Part shown: positions 10,601-25,600 of the stretch, one piece after another | How positions within the stretch are numbered: position 1 is the first letter of the stretch | Layout: every line of letters begins with the position of its first letter | Source: Lytechinus pictus | Lineage: Eukaryota | Length of the DNA stretch: 64,000 nt | NCBI RefSeq assembly: GCF_037042905.1 | Contig: NC_087245.1 | Span: 3,102,001 to 3,166,000 of the forward strand | Reading direction: 5' to 3' | Notes under the pieces: generated by a model | Told to the model about the DNA's origin: nothing | Databases searched by the model: none | What the model saw: only the letters and a program-made list of their open reading frames with translations | Program-made: the position numbers and the translations under genes

Positions 10601-13600
10601 TTTCCACTAAACTAGTTTTAGGAACGTAGTGAGAACAGCCTCAATGTCTCATGAAATGTCTTGTGATTTAATGCTACAGTGGCCATCAGGTCATTAGTTG
10701 TGCATGTTCTAAAAAAAAAGATCCAAGATAAAATAAGAGCTGAGATAGTTAAAGTTAATAAAGACAATACATATAATTTTCAACCAAAACATTTACAAAA
10801 AACCAAGGTAGAACAATTTGATATTGAAATTCACCAGCAGGTACAAGGTGAAAATGATAGATGGTGAGAAAATATTGATGTGTAAACAACATATAAATTA
10901 ATAATGGGGAAAATAATACTGTGTGATGACCTGTGATACGAACATTACATGTATACTGTAGTCTTTAATGTTGTAGTTGATGTGAACACTAATATAGATT
11001 GATATAAATGTATTAATAATATATTGTCAGCCAATTTTGATAAATTATAGGGTTGTGGTACATGTCAATTAGAAATGCAGCACCAGAACATATTGATTTT
11101 ATACAATTGATTCGCCAGCATTTGATCTATCCTAATAACACCTAAGTTGTGAAATGATAATAATATTTTGCCATCAGTTGTTGAAATAGACATATTAAAT
11201 AGCTGAAGGTTGATGAATATTACACAAGATCTTGACCTTGCATCCCACTGATCTATAATACTCCCAAACCACTGTTAAATATTCATGAGTGTGCTTGCAA
11301 ATACCAAACATGGTTGTAAGGATTTTCACAATGCATGGCTCGAGCTATGTGGCATCTAAAACTATAGAGCCAAAGCATCAATTTGGTGGTCTCATTCCCA
11401 AGGGTTGATATTATATTCATTGGTTTTGGTTTGACACCTTGGCAAGTGAGTAAGGATGGCTGCAGCACCACTGTGAGATGTGATGAGAAATCAATTTTCA
11501 CTTGACCAAGTAAAAGGAGAGAGAGAGAGAGAACGGGAAGGAGAAAGATGGAGGCAGACACCCAAGATACATGTATATGATAGTTAAAAGCAGAGCTGTA
11601 TGTAGGTTGGTGAAAATAAATATGATAAGGTAGCATTACCCGAAGAAACACAAGTTGAAACCATGGTTGTTTTTTTACAATTTTCTGTTGGCTATTGAAA
11701 ATGACTTTGATGGACCTTCTTCAGTCCACACATGCAACCGTGGACCCTAGGAATGCTCCAAGTTGACATTTACTTCCTGGGTCAAGTGTCTAGGCATTAT
11801 ATGAGGGATAATCTGTTATGATGAAAATTAGCTTGAATTCTGTCAGGAGTTTTGTGTAAGCATTTTGATATATGGTTCATGATTATGATTTTAACTGGAG
11901 AAAAACAATTGATAATGTGATTGTCATGACCAGGTACATTAGGAAGACATCCAGTTTCCCCATCTTGGCATCTAGTGGTAATTGTTTATGCCTTGGGTTT
12001 AAACCAAGGACAAAGTGAGATTGATCTAAAACACCTTAATTACATGTACACAGTTTAAGATGAAATTGGTTTTTATTCACACTGATATAAAGTAAAATCT
12101 GTAAATTTTAACATGTGAATTCTGCCATGGACCTACTGTATCCTACTTTATCAGTGTGAAAGGTGAAAGAAACAGAATAGGACAAAATTTACAAACCAGA
12201 TATGAATCAATGTGTCTGGGTTAAGATAGCTTCCATTCTTTGGCTCTATCATCAGAAAGAATACTGCAGTTTTGGTAAAATGCATTTTCATTTCCATACA
12301 TTTCCTCGCAACTCGTTTAATGTCCAAAAGCATATAGATTTAGATCCATTGATTTACATGCCAATCAAATTCTTGAAGTTTGTTATGAAAAGGTGATTCC
12401 TCTGTATCATGCAATGTTGATGAACTATGATTTATTCTTCATTTCTCAATCTTGTACACCGAATCTGATAGCTTGATGAGCAAGATTACAGTAAACCCCT
12501 TGGATAAACTTCATTAACATGTATGTCTTAAAGAGTTTAATTTGCTTTGAATGCTGTCTACCACTCTACAGGCTAAGATCCGGTTTGAGAAACAAGGTCT
12601 CTTCAATCTGATGCAGGAACCTACCAAGTTCCGTTGGATTAAGATGAGGATATCAAGGATGTGGGATTCTATGTGGGTACCTGCGGCAGAAGAATTCAGC
12701 AAACTACAAGGAGACAAAATCAGAGAACGAAAGAAGGTAATTATTATCTGATAATCAATAGACAATAGTCAGACATTGTTTGATTTAATACTTTTATTTT
12801 TATTTCTCTGTTCATATTTTAGCTATCATAAAAGTGATGCAAAATCCACATCAAATTTTTTATTGCATAATCCTTAAGGCATTTTCAAATATTGACTGAC
12901 ACTATAAAATAAAAAGGATAATTACAAGTATATAATGAATACAAACTTTCATGTTTGAAGTGTGGGATCAAGTGTCTTTTCCAATCTTGATGAAGATCTA
13001 TAATAACATACTCCTTGCCCCTCTGTACACTAAAATGAAAAAAAAAAGAGTTGGTAGTTTGGGTCTTTTCTTGTATTTGAATTGATTTTCTAAAGTAAAT
13101 GCAAATCATTTCTGATTTCTTAGTAAGAAGAATTCAAGAATTTGATTCTTCAGTAAGCATGAAGTGACATCTTGCTGCAATTCATCCAGTCATGTTACCT
13201 GCCTTAAAGTTCAATATGATACTTTATTTCCCTTACAAAATTACATTTTCCTCAAGGAAGGTATTTTCCTCCAAACCATGCATGCTTGAGGCACTCATTA
13301 AAGAAGCATTGATTTATGTGACCGCATATCCCAAATTACTCATTTGGACTTTCTCTAGCACTGATAATGTTCCCTGCATCTTTATTTTCTTGCCTTTTTA
13401 ATGAGCAAAGAGTGTGAGCAAATCAAGTAGATATTAAAAGGGAAAGTTGAAAGTGGGCTAACAAATTTGTATAGTATGATTTTTTTTTAGTTTGCATTTT
13501 CATTGTTCTTAGTATTAATGTTTATCTGTGAATTTATTTTTGTGTATGTGTTCATAACTTCACCAATTCATATATTCATTCATTTATTTAGAATTTCATA

Positions 13601-16600
13601 GTTATTGAATTAATCTTTTTTGTAGTCATGCATTTCTCTGCTCTTTTGATATACTGATTTATTTCATTACTAATTATCAAATTGCTTTAAAAATAGAGTA
13701 GATTACCCTGTCCACTTTTTGCTGTGAATTTACACGAACTCCTGATGTTGGCATCATAACAGCAATACCACTTTGCTCTGCACGACACCCATGCATTATT
13801 ACCATATATTACTATAGCAACCCACTGGGATTGTTTTCATCCTCTGTATCGTCCTACTTCTATATCTTTGTTCTGCCATATTGATCTTATAGTCATGCTT
13901 GATGAGAATATAATGCATGTAGCTGAAGTGACATGAGTACTAATATCTCACAAATTGCAAATACATGGTGTATAGCTTTTCTGTTTTTATAGTCATATTG
14001 TTTAGGAAAAGTATTCATCATTAATTATGAATTTCCTTTTTATTAATTGAATTAAATGTTGGAAAAGGCATCAGTTTGAATTGATTCAAATCTTTCCATC
14101 AAGGCCACTAAGAAAAACTTGCAATTGTGAAAATGAGATCTTCTACCATATCTTTGTAAACTCATTAACACCTGTGCATACATGATTTTCTTTTATATTC
14201 ATAATTGCCAATCAATAGCATTTATACATTTCTTGATGTATTGAAAAGAAATTATGCCACGATTACCTCTGATTTTGAACGAATCTATAGACAAAAATAT
14301 AACTGAGTATCATGATCGGAAGAGATGTGGTTTCCGTGAATGTATACATGTATGTATATACCTCTGAAAGTTAGTTTCTATGATACTTACGTTGATGTTG
14401 TCAGGAAACACAACATTGTTTTCAAGATATAGTGCACAAAGTTCAGTTGTCTTGTTACTGAGGAATTCAAAGTATTGAAAAAAAGAGGGAAGCATACCTT
14501 GCATATCCACATCATTGCAAAAGTAAGCCTGGAGGCAAATGTTTTTTTTAGAGCTTTTGTAAATTATGATATGGTGAGTCACTGTCATATGATTTGTTGC
14601 TCCAGTATTTTTATGATTTTGAGCCTCTGAGGCTGCATTCAATTGATAGAGTTTTAGCCCAGGAACATGGTTCTTTAAAGTTGTTTAGTCCACACCAAAG
14701 ATATATTCAATGATATTTTAATTGGTCGTAAGATAAACATCTTTTTTTTAATGCAAACATGAAACAGATGCAATGAAGATCTTTCTTAAAAGGTAAAACC
14801 AATGTTTCCAAGGTTCTGGTAATGGTCAATTCCAGCGTAACGGACATGACGTTCAGACAAATTTTTGTAATTCAAAGGTTTATACAGTAGAATTAGCAGT
14901 CTTTTGATAATTGTTACTGAGCTTATCAGACACATTTAAGTATCAGTTACATACACATGAAATTTCAAATCGTTTCGTTGAACAGTTGCAGAGAAATTGC
15001 ACTCTTTGTGAGCGTAACGGACATGACACGAAATGGACGAAGCATTTTTACCTCCTAATGCTAATCAAAATTCCTGTGAATTCTTAGATTGCATGCACCT
15101 GATGTTGGTGTTAATTTAACCTTAAGATCATGCTCTATCCATAAAAAGGTGTTTAACAACAGTTTTGCAGTGCATTCTGTATTCATAGCTCAAAATGTAG
15201 CGTAACGGACATGACACACGAAGCGTAACGGACATGACAGTTTCGTCCACTTTTTGTAAGCGAATATAATTATTTTATTACAAGATATGGTACAAGTCTA
15301 ATTATTTACATGATAAGGCTAGAGGTTGGAGACACACATCATAACTGGTAATCTGTAATATCTCCTATTATTTTGCAATTTGAGAGAGGGGCTTTTCGTA
15401 CAATATTTATAAAACAAAAAAATATTCAGAAAAATTTATTTTACACCAGTTAACAACAGTTAATGAGTGTTTTCCAGTTACTACCATCCGCCACACCTAA
15501 TTAAAAGAGAAAAAGTTGAAAGTAAAGATTATTTTTTATTCATGGCTTTCTATTTGACAATATACACTAGCGTAACGGACATGACACCCTTACGAAGTGA
15601 ACTTCATCAGCACTTCTTAGTTTCAAAATGAAAGAAATATGAATAATGAATGTAATTATGTAACAGCAAAGTACCTTTACTAACATTCTTAAGAAAAACA
15701 TGTAGATATTATTGGCAGGTATTATTAATTTAATAGCTATAGCCTACATGATAATTTTATATACATGTAGAATACAATACAATGCTTATAGTACCACTAC
15801 GGCACACTGAGAAGACCAAATCTCATTTTTTGTGAGAAGAAAACAAAATGTACCAGACCTATATAAATCCAAGATGAACATATTATGAAATGTATTTTAT
15901 GATAAAGAATATGTACTATTATTAATTTCATTTTAAGATATTAAAAAATGATACTAAAAAGTATTTTAAAATTTCAAAACAGTACCTGGAAACCAGTCGT
16001 TCATTATCGATTATGTATGAGTTGAAAGGTAATCGGAATGTTTGTAAATCGCTTCTGACATTTTTTTTCATTCAAAATGAATATCATCCTGAATATAATC
16101 ATCCTTTCATCAAATCTTGGATGTTCTAAATCTTACGATCTTGCTTGCTGACAAATGTGGCTGTATCTAATTTTGTTGCATTGTCCGCACTGCTTGTGTA
16201 CAAATGAAGATACATCATTCAAATTGAGATTATGGCTGACCAAAATACTATGATGATATAATTTATTGATCGCGCCACATTTCTTCTACAGCCCCTTTGC
16301 TTTGTGATATTGCAAAGAAGTGCCACTGTAGATTCATGGATTCATAGAGCTACGTCATGTAAACAAAGATACAGATATTTAAATGTGAGCCCGTGCCATC
16401 ACTGAAGAAGTTGAGGTTGGTGAAAGTCAGATATTTTGAAGCAATATCATCAATGATCTCGTGAATTCACAAGTTGGAATTTCATCATGCTCCAAACTGT
16501 CAGTGCAAACACCTAAGATAATCAATTGTATTGTTCAAACACAAATGATGCAGATTGTGATCTGAGTATGTTGCCAGATCTAGCTGCATCTTATCCTAAT

Positions 16601-19600
16601 ATTATGTGGCATACCGTTAATTCTCAGAAAAATATACCAGAACAAGAGCTGAACTTTCATCATTCACCAACTTCTAAAAATAGCTTGAATGACATGCAGA
16701 TTCTAGGAGTTATTACATCCAGCTATCCTCAAGCAATTGCGACTGACCTCAGTCTGTGACACTGAGCCTAATATTTTGTTTTTGTGAATGCTGCCTTTTG
16801 TCATATATAAGGCATCATGTCCGTTACGCGAAGTGTCATGTCCGTTACGCCATTTTTATGAAAATGAGAAGTGGTAAGGGAAAATGATTGCTACGCATGG
16901 TAGGGGGTTTGATTCTAACATAGAATCTAAATCTGCAGTACCTTCAGACAAATTTCCTGTAAGCTGTGAAAACTTTAAGTGAAAAACGTAACGGACATGA
17001 CACTGATAATGATAAAGAAATCACACAAATCTGAAGATCAATTTCTCTAAAATTGATGAATGGCATAAAATTTAACGATGATTTTCTGTTGATGTGAACA
17101 TTAATCAACTATTCAAAAGTTAAAAGAGACCTCTGGGACCTTATTTGCTTTTATTAGAGACAGGAAAGATGAATTGTTCAAAAATAGCAAATTTTTTTAG
17201 ATTTTGCAATTTACTATTCTATTTTTTGGATAATGGAAAAAAATACAAAATTTTATCAATATTGCAATTTTTCTATTGGAAATTGAAACTTTAAAGATTA
17301 CTTTTTAAGAAAATTTGACTGCTTAAGTGAAATCTGAAACTTCATTTTTTCTCTAAAGTGAACATTTTCCATGGAATTGCCCTAATTGGTTATATACCAG
17401 CTTGGCGTTTACCAGCAGAAAGCTGTCCTTCCGAGTTCCTACAGGAGTTTGAGAAACCATGGCGTATGGCACAACAGGTTTCAGGTACATGTACTACCGT
17501 GGGCATTCTTATGTTTTTGGACGTCTATTTTTTATGATCCATGTAAACCTTTACTTTTGTTTTATTTCAAACTCATTGGTCTGGGATGTGGAGTGGGTGG
17601 ACTTGAAAATAGGTAGAAACATTGTGATTGTATGCACTCTCCTGAAGTAAGCATACAGCCAATAGGCCGTACAAGTATCATATTTACCGTCATGTAGCAT
17701 TTTGATTCATGTACATGTGACTGGGAAAAATGATTGAACGCACCCCTAGGCTCGTAATATGCAAAAAAAAGAGTTCACTCTTGGTCATAATTGAGGCTGC
17801 TGAACCTGTAGGCTATATGGTTACATACATGGTGTACCGTGAAACCTAAGTACCGGGTACTAGCTATGTCTATGTCTATGATTCTAAAAATAACAAAATG
17901 GTGCATCAGTATCATTCTGAATTACTGCTTCTCCAAACATAAGCATATCAAAGACAGTCTCTCTATCATTGTACCATGTTTGATTTGCAAAATTATATCT
18001 TGCCCATGAAATGTAACTAAACTGCGTATATCGTCGGCGGTCATCCGAACCGTCGTATCACAAATACGACGGAGTAAACCCATTTCAGAGAAAATCGACT
18101 TCAAAGTTTACTATAATATTCACACTTACATGTAGTTCCCCAGCCTTACAACATATTCATTGCGAGAAAAATACATGGTTGGAAAGACCAAGACAATTGC
18201 TTGACATTGGTATCTTTATTTTTACACAAAACCAAGAATCAGAGAAAATAACGCAAAAGAGCTACATGCTTGTATTTTCGGTTTGAGCGGTTTAGATTTC
18301 CCCTGTACAAAAACGCCATAGGGCGTACATAACAACCCTGACCGCGAGTTCAATGCGCGCAGTCAGTCAAAATGTTGTATTGCTTTTTCACATCACATGC
18401 AAAGTCAATGAAGTGCTGATACGATGGTTTGGCTGACTGCTCATTTGCATATTAAGTGCGTGCAGCTGCAGTTTGCCTTGCTACAGGACACATTTCCTAT
18501 GGGATTTGCGAATTTTATCAACAATTTGTATGGCATTGCTGTGGAAATTGCCTCATATCTCAGAAACTAAAATAAATTGCTGCCTAGAAATTTAGTTATG
18601 AACAGAATAGGACTTGTACATGCATTTTCTGCAAATATCTAAAAATTGATATTTTGACCATAATTGACTGATACGACGGTTCAGATGAACACCGACGATA
18701 TGACCAGCAACCCCCAAACCAACAATACCTATACATGTAGGTTGCCAAAATGAATACCTAAGATTTTTATCAAGCTTGAAAAAGTACTTCCTAAGCTTTA
18801 AAATATGCATTGTAACTTGTCAAAATTGATTACAAATAACCCTCGCAAAGTACATTGCAGAGGGAATTCAGCAAGAGTTAAAAAAAAGGAGAAGTCTAGG
18901 TTTGAAATTTGGATTCACTCAAGCATGAGGTATTGACAGAACTCGATAACACTCCCAAGAAGTTCGGAAAATGGTGTCAAAGAACCTCTTGTACATGTAT
19001 CTTCAATTCTTTTTAATATTCAACTTTAAAACTTCAATTGTTACAGCATAATGAAGAAGAATTGCTCTCTAATAATTAAAAATCTATATATTTTTTTTGC
19101 TTTTGGAGACCAGAGTATAGAACCTTCACTGGCAATTGTTGGTATTTTGTGTTGCTGGTCACAAATTTGCATTCACCCATTATTTTAAAAAATCTGTGGA
19201 TCTAATCATTCACTAAATTGTATTAAAGGAGAACCATTTTCAACATACATGTGGAGCAAATTTGTTTTACCAAATGCTAATGAAGTGATAACAGCAGCTA
19301 TTTTATAATGGTTTAAATGTGATGAAAATAATTTTTCAGCTTTTATAAGTCACAAGATAATGTTGGCGTGCTTATTTAATAGACTAGGAATAAGAATGAA
19401 AATGGAAAATCTATGTAATAGGAGCTACAAAGTATGATTGGACATCATTTTCGGAAGGTTATTGAATTAATAGCATAATAGCAACCACCAGATGGGTAAA
19501 CACCATGTTTACTTTTTTTTAATCTTTCATATTTGATAAATCCGCTGCTGTATACATGTATTCTTGTTCAGTTTAAGTATACTTGAGTACAATTTCAGTC

Positions 19601-22600
19601 CCAGTATTGTACATGTATCAAAGAGAGTGTTATTGTCATTGTATAGAAATACCGTATTGATTGAATGTGATATATTATGAAAGACATATTTTTAAAGCTG
19701 TTTTGTGACGTTAATGGTGTTCCACCTCATGTTTTATTCTATGCACATCGACTCCTCAATGACTAGCTGATTAATAATGTGGTCGGTATTAAGTTGTGCA
19801 AATATGGTATTTTAGAAAAATATGATGTTGATGTGTGGTAATATGTGTATACATGTAAGGATCCTCCCTCCCCTGTAATATATGTAAACAGCGTATCCCA
19901 CCAAAAATGTTAATGGCAATTTAAATGAGTATAATGTGAAAATTACTGAATAATATTGTATATGATTTTATAATCGTAATTTGGCATTTCTTTTGTACAA
20001 CTGGCTCAAATTTTATGCGATATGGTGATCACAGAGATATGAGCCTTCTTTCATCACTCATCCGAACACCTTATAGGGATGAATTTTTAGGTCTTGTACA
20101 GTATGTGCTAGTACCATCTTTCAGGATACATTTTGATTAAATTTTGCCTGGAACTCATCTTGGTGAACTGCCGCCCTACCATAATTAATTATCATGAATG
20201 ATTGAGAATGCAGTTTTCTTTTGAACCAAGATGAATGTCCTGGTGAAGAAAATAACCTACGATGGTCATATCAGAACCCCTGTTTCAACAAAATGCATCT
20301 CTGTATTGTTCATCATGTATGCAAGAATTGCTATTCATCAGATGAATGAATAGGTCATCTTCAAGTCCTGAAGAAAAGAAAATTATTTCAGTTTTATGCC
20401 TGTGGCTAAACGTGAATTGATAACAAATCTTGTTTAGCTGAACCCGACTGCACATACTACTTAATAATACAAAACTTGGATGGAGAGGTTTCCTGATGTG
20501 TACATGTACATTGTATGAAAAAAAATCTCATATTTTTGTGATTATTAGACCATATCACATAAAATTTCATCCACCTAAAGTAGAAAATGAATTGTAGTTT
20601 ACGGACGTGAAGGTACATGTATAAAGCATAGATGATGATGTAATTTTCATGTTATACCAATTTATAGTGCTTAATAACAATTTTTGTGGGACACAATGTA
20701 TTTTTATAGTAAAAAAAAATTAGTATACTGTGATTCTAGTGTATGATAAATGATATGACACTGATTTTTTTAATATATAGGAGATGGATTGAAAGTGCAG
20801 CATTAGTTGTACTTTATTGGGGTATGATTTTTGTGATACTTGCATCAGTTTTTTTTTAGACATAGTATGGGTGTGCTATGGGCCCCATCATAAATATTTT
20901 CTTCATCTTTGGTCTGAACCAAAATGGAAAATATGATATAAATTACAGGTTTTTATTACAATCTACAGTGTGATCCTGTGAGGTTTACCTGATTTAAATT
21001 CTGTGATCTTTAAAGTTTTACAGAAAAAATAAAGACTTTGAACCTCCTGTTGTGATGAACTTGTCCTTTTAAAGGCTGTCATGTATTATAGGCCCAGTAA
21101 ATGAACTTTGCACTATACTGCCATTGTGTTGACTTCTGATGTTTATTTCAATTTCAGCTTCGTTTTTGAAGTTGTGAATAGTTATTTTTCAATCTGAATT
21201 TGTATTTCTTTCATCAAATATAAATACACAAACTGCTAAATCAACAAAGGTATGAGGAGAGAGACCTGTGATGTTATGAACATTGTGTTCTCATGGTTTT
21301 TCTTCATTTTGCCTAAAAATAGAAATTTCAAGATTCCTGTAATATAGTGTATTACCTTTATTAGTTCCTCCTTTATAGTTCCTTTTATTCCTGCTTAATT
21401 TATTGCAGGGATGTCACCGTTTAGACAAAGTATGAATTTGTACCTGTACATGTATATTCAACACACTGTGCCCCTTTTTGTGTATGTCAGAAAGGCCAAT
21501 TATAGAAAATATTAATTCATTTTCATAAAGTCTATTAAGGGACATTCTTGTTTGTGAAATAAAGACTTATACCGGCCCTGCATTTCATAGAAATATATTA
21601 AATAAACTATACATATTTTTATTAAAAAAATGATAACAGGATGTACCAACAAGAATACACATTTAGAATATTTCAGTTATAAATCTGATCCTCGCTTCAT
21701 CCTTTCACCATACTTGTACATAACTCAGCCCTGGGGCAGGTTTTTTAAAATATATTTTGAGTACATTTTATTAAGTTTTACCAATGGAAAAAAAGAATTA
21801 ATGAGCCGAGTCTGATTTCACTCATCCAAGAAGAAATCAATTTTATCTGAATGGTCAATTTGATTCGGCATGTATTCAATACAGCATGTATGAATTGGTA
21901 GGTGTTTCATAAAGCTGTTTGTAAGTTACGGATGACGTTTATGCACAACTAGCGACGCTTTAGTTTCTAGTGCTAACTGATATGTCCCTATGTAGTCAAA
22001 TGAGCACCTAAGATCGTGTTCAGTCATTTGTAAAGTCGTTCATAAGTTTGAACAGCTTTGATGAAGCAACCAGCAGTGAGTTATCATATGAATTGAAAAT
22101 CCTGATTTATGTTCTTAATTTCAATTTAAATGTTCAACCAAATCATTTATCATAAATAATTATCAGTCACCAAACTGAAGAATCCCATTTCATATTATCA
22201 ATTGATGCTGTATGTCTGTAATCTATGTCAATTTTTGTATTGACACAAAATCGAAATAAATTTCCACTGTGGACAATAAATATTGAATTGTATTGAATTT
22301 AATTTGATTTCAAGAAGTTATGGTCTTGAATACGGACAGCAATAGAGCTTTCTGCCCTGCCTTCCATGATCAAATTCTGTTGACTCATGAATTCTTGCAT
22401 GATATCATTTTCATTCTTTCATTGCCTTCCCTTGCCTCAGATTTTGGTTCATATTGGTGCATTGACGAAGGAATCTGGCTTCAAGATTGCAGACAATGCC
22501 TTCAACGGGGGTCCTTTAGGTGAACTGGTTCAATGGAGCGACATCCTATCCACACTCTACGTTCTGGGTCATGATATTGAGATATCTACTGCAACTGGCA

Positions 22601-25600
22601 CACTCGGAAAGTAAGTTAATCTTCACATGTGTGTACTTTGGCAAGGGGTTTATCTACATTTGCCACTCTTCACCTAGGTGTAGTAAATGTGTATCCGGTA
22701 GGAAGGAATTCTTGAATGCTCCAGCGCCCGATCAGGATAGCCGTGCTAAAGCCGTTGTAATAGTATGCAGCACTTAGAGAAACATTTGTATTAAGCGCTA
22801 TATATAATGTTGCATATTATTATTTGAGGGGACATTGCAAAAATAATATTGCAAGTAATATTAGGTCGCAAATCAATTGTCAATCTTACAGTTTATTTTT
22901 GCAAGTTTATAATTATGATTGTTGGTCTGCTTCTTACAAAAGGAAGTATGAATATAGTTTCTATTACTAATAAGTTTTCCAAACCCCCAACAGGAAAAAA
23001 TTACCAAGTAAGCTATATCTAGGACAAACGATTTAATTTTGTTACCTTTTTATAGATTTATACATTGTTTTCATTTCTGAATATTAAGTGAAATTTGCAC
23101 TTGATAATCATGAGTAAATGCGATGCGTAGAAAAAAAATTGTTCTTTTCATTTTTGGGCTATTATAGGTTTTAAAAGACCAGAATAACAATATTTAGAAA
23201 AAGAAAAAAAAAAACCTATTGGTTTAATTATCATAGTGAAGATAGATATACCGGTAGGCTTTTGATCTACTATGTGGAAAGTATGCTGGATTGTACCTTT
23301 ACAATGGTTTATTGACAGTCTGCCCTACCACTCAAAAATTTCCTTTACCAAAAATGAATCAATGAAGGTTAAGTTTTTATATGGACCTAGTTCATGAAAC
23401 CTGGACATAAGGTTAATCAGGTACTACTGAACATCCTGCCGGAGTTTCAAGTCACACGGTCAAGGTCAAAGGTCATTTAAGGTCAATGAACTTTGGCCAA
23501 GTTGGGGGTATTTGTTGTAATACCATTGTAACTTTGAAAGTTTATTGGTCTAGTTCATAAAACTTGGACATAGAGTAATCAAGTATCACTGAACATCTCA
23601 TGGGAGTTTCAGGTCATGTGACCAAAGTCAAAGGTCATTTAAGGTCATTGAACTTTGGCCATTTTGGAGGGAATTTTTAGATGCTGTTATAACTTTCAAA
23701 GTGTATAGATATAGTTTATAAAATGTAGATAATCAAGTATTACTGACCAGTCTTAGGTCGCATGATCAAGGTGAAATGTCATTTATTGTAAATGAACGTA
23801 GTATTGTATCATTATATGAATGGTGTTTTTTGTGAATAATTATTTTATAGTAGTTTTCAAAGTCAGCACTGCTGCTATATTGAATCAGGTGATGCAGGTG
23901 AGACTGCCAGAGGCGCTCCACTTGTTTCTTTGTATTGACAAAATAATTGTCTTTGTTTAATATTATTTCCTTGTATTCCATAAATACACAAATTGTTCTT
24001 GAGCTTTGTTGCAAGCCTACATGTATTCTTATACAACTATGTGACTTATGGTGATATATATATTTAAAAACAAACAATTTGAATCAAAACTTAATAAAGA
24101 TTTGTATTAAAGGAATAAAAATCAGAAAAAAAGTGAAAGTTTGGAAGAAATCAGACAGTGAATGAGAAAGTTTTTGCTGTTTCAGAAGTAGATTGCTTTT
24201 TAATCAGTAATTTTTATGTTTTCTCCTGAGGAACAGTAACAAAAGTTTAACAAAGTGTGTATTTCTCATGAAAGAAAAATATTTTAACTTTTGAGGAAGG
24301 TTATATTATCATATAAGGCATTTTGAGCAAATGGAGGAGTTATCCATACCTTACATTACATCACAATGACATGACCTTTTTGGTCAATTAAAAATCCATA
24401 AAGGAATAACTTCTGTGACTTGAAACTCATAACTTGCCTGTTAATTGTCTAATTTCATTCAAACATTTCCCTAGATCTGCTTGTCTTATTTCTCTTTTAT
24501 TCTTATAATACAAATGGGTGATTTCCTCTAAACCTATAATGATGAAAATCCCTAATCTTTTCAAGCAGAGATGAAATATCACTTTGTTTGTATCTGTTTT
24601 CCAGTCTCTTAAGAAGGAAAGGGTTAACAAGCAAAGTCAGTTGCCCAGTGAAAGGGAAGAACCAATATGATCTAGTCTACATTGATATCGTTGGAATGAA
24701 ACAGCTTAAGAAGACTATTGGAGCACAGTGGCAACAATTCAGGTGAGCTTGTATTAACATATTAGTCTCATATTCTTCAATCCCAGTATGTAGTTGTTTA
24801 AAAAAAAAAAAACACCCCCTTGAAAAAAAGCAAAACATGCACGCACACACACAAAAAAAATAAAACAAACAAACAAAATTCCTCTTAATCTTCTTAAATC
24901 ATGCAATAGCTTGAGCTACTTGCATAATGAAGCTTTATTAGCATGACTTGCAACTTTATAAATGTACCCTATTTATAGATGGTGGTTTTAGAACTGGGGG
25001 GTCACAAATTCAAAACAAGGATGCACTACTTGGACAAATTCTGTTTATTCAAGATTTCAAGATTTATTAAAGACATGCGATCGCAGCTTAAAAGCTGAAC
25101 TGACAGATGTTTTACAATTAAAAAACAATGAAATTAACAAATAATATAATAAAAGAATCAAGAAATATACAAAAATTACAATATAAATTCGAAGTATTAC
25201 GGTATTCTCAAGGTAACAGTGGTAATATAAGATACTATTTGAAAAGCTATACATGTGAGAAGATTCATTTTTACTAAAGATATGAAAGATATAGGGTGAG
25301 ATATAAGATGAGAAAGTGCAACATAATCCAATGATTGGTTGAAATTTGTTCATGAGAATATTGTTACATTATGTTTAAATTGTATGGACGGGCATTGGTA
25401 GAGATATGACTTTATATTATCCAAATTAGATCATATCGACTTAGACTTTTAATAACCAAAGTTGATAGGAATTTACTAATCGCAACATATAAAAGTGAGA
25501 ATGACAGGTTCTTTTTAATATTATTGAAGGGATGGTCCAGGCTGGATATATTTATATTTCAATAAATAGAGTAAAATTCACAAAGCAAAATGCTGAAAAT

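Noticed and set aside
14835..17002. Repeated 16-mer as a CRISPR- or iteron-like system
   Set aside because: Irregular spacing, both orientations, and enclosed by a TIR/TSD pair, so it is a transposon feature.
17459..17486. Possible alternative first exon (ccATGgcgtatggcacaacaggtttcag|gtacat)
   Set aside because: Weak donor that overlaps a TACATGTA octamer, phase incompatible with exon 5, no homology.
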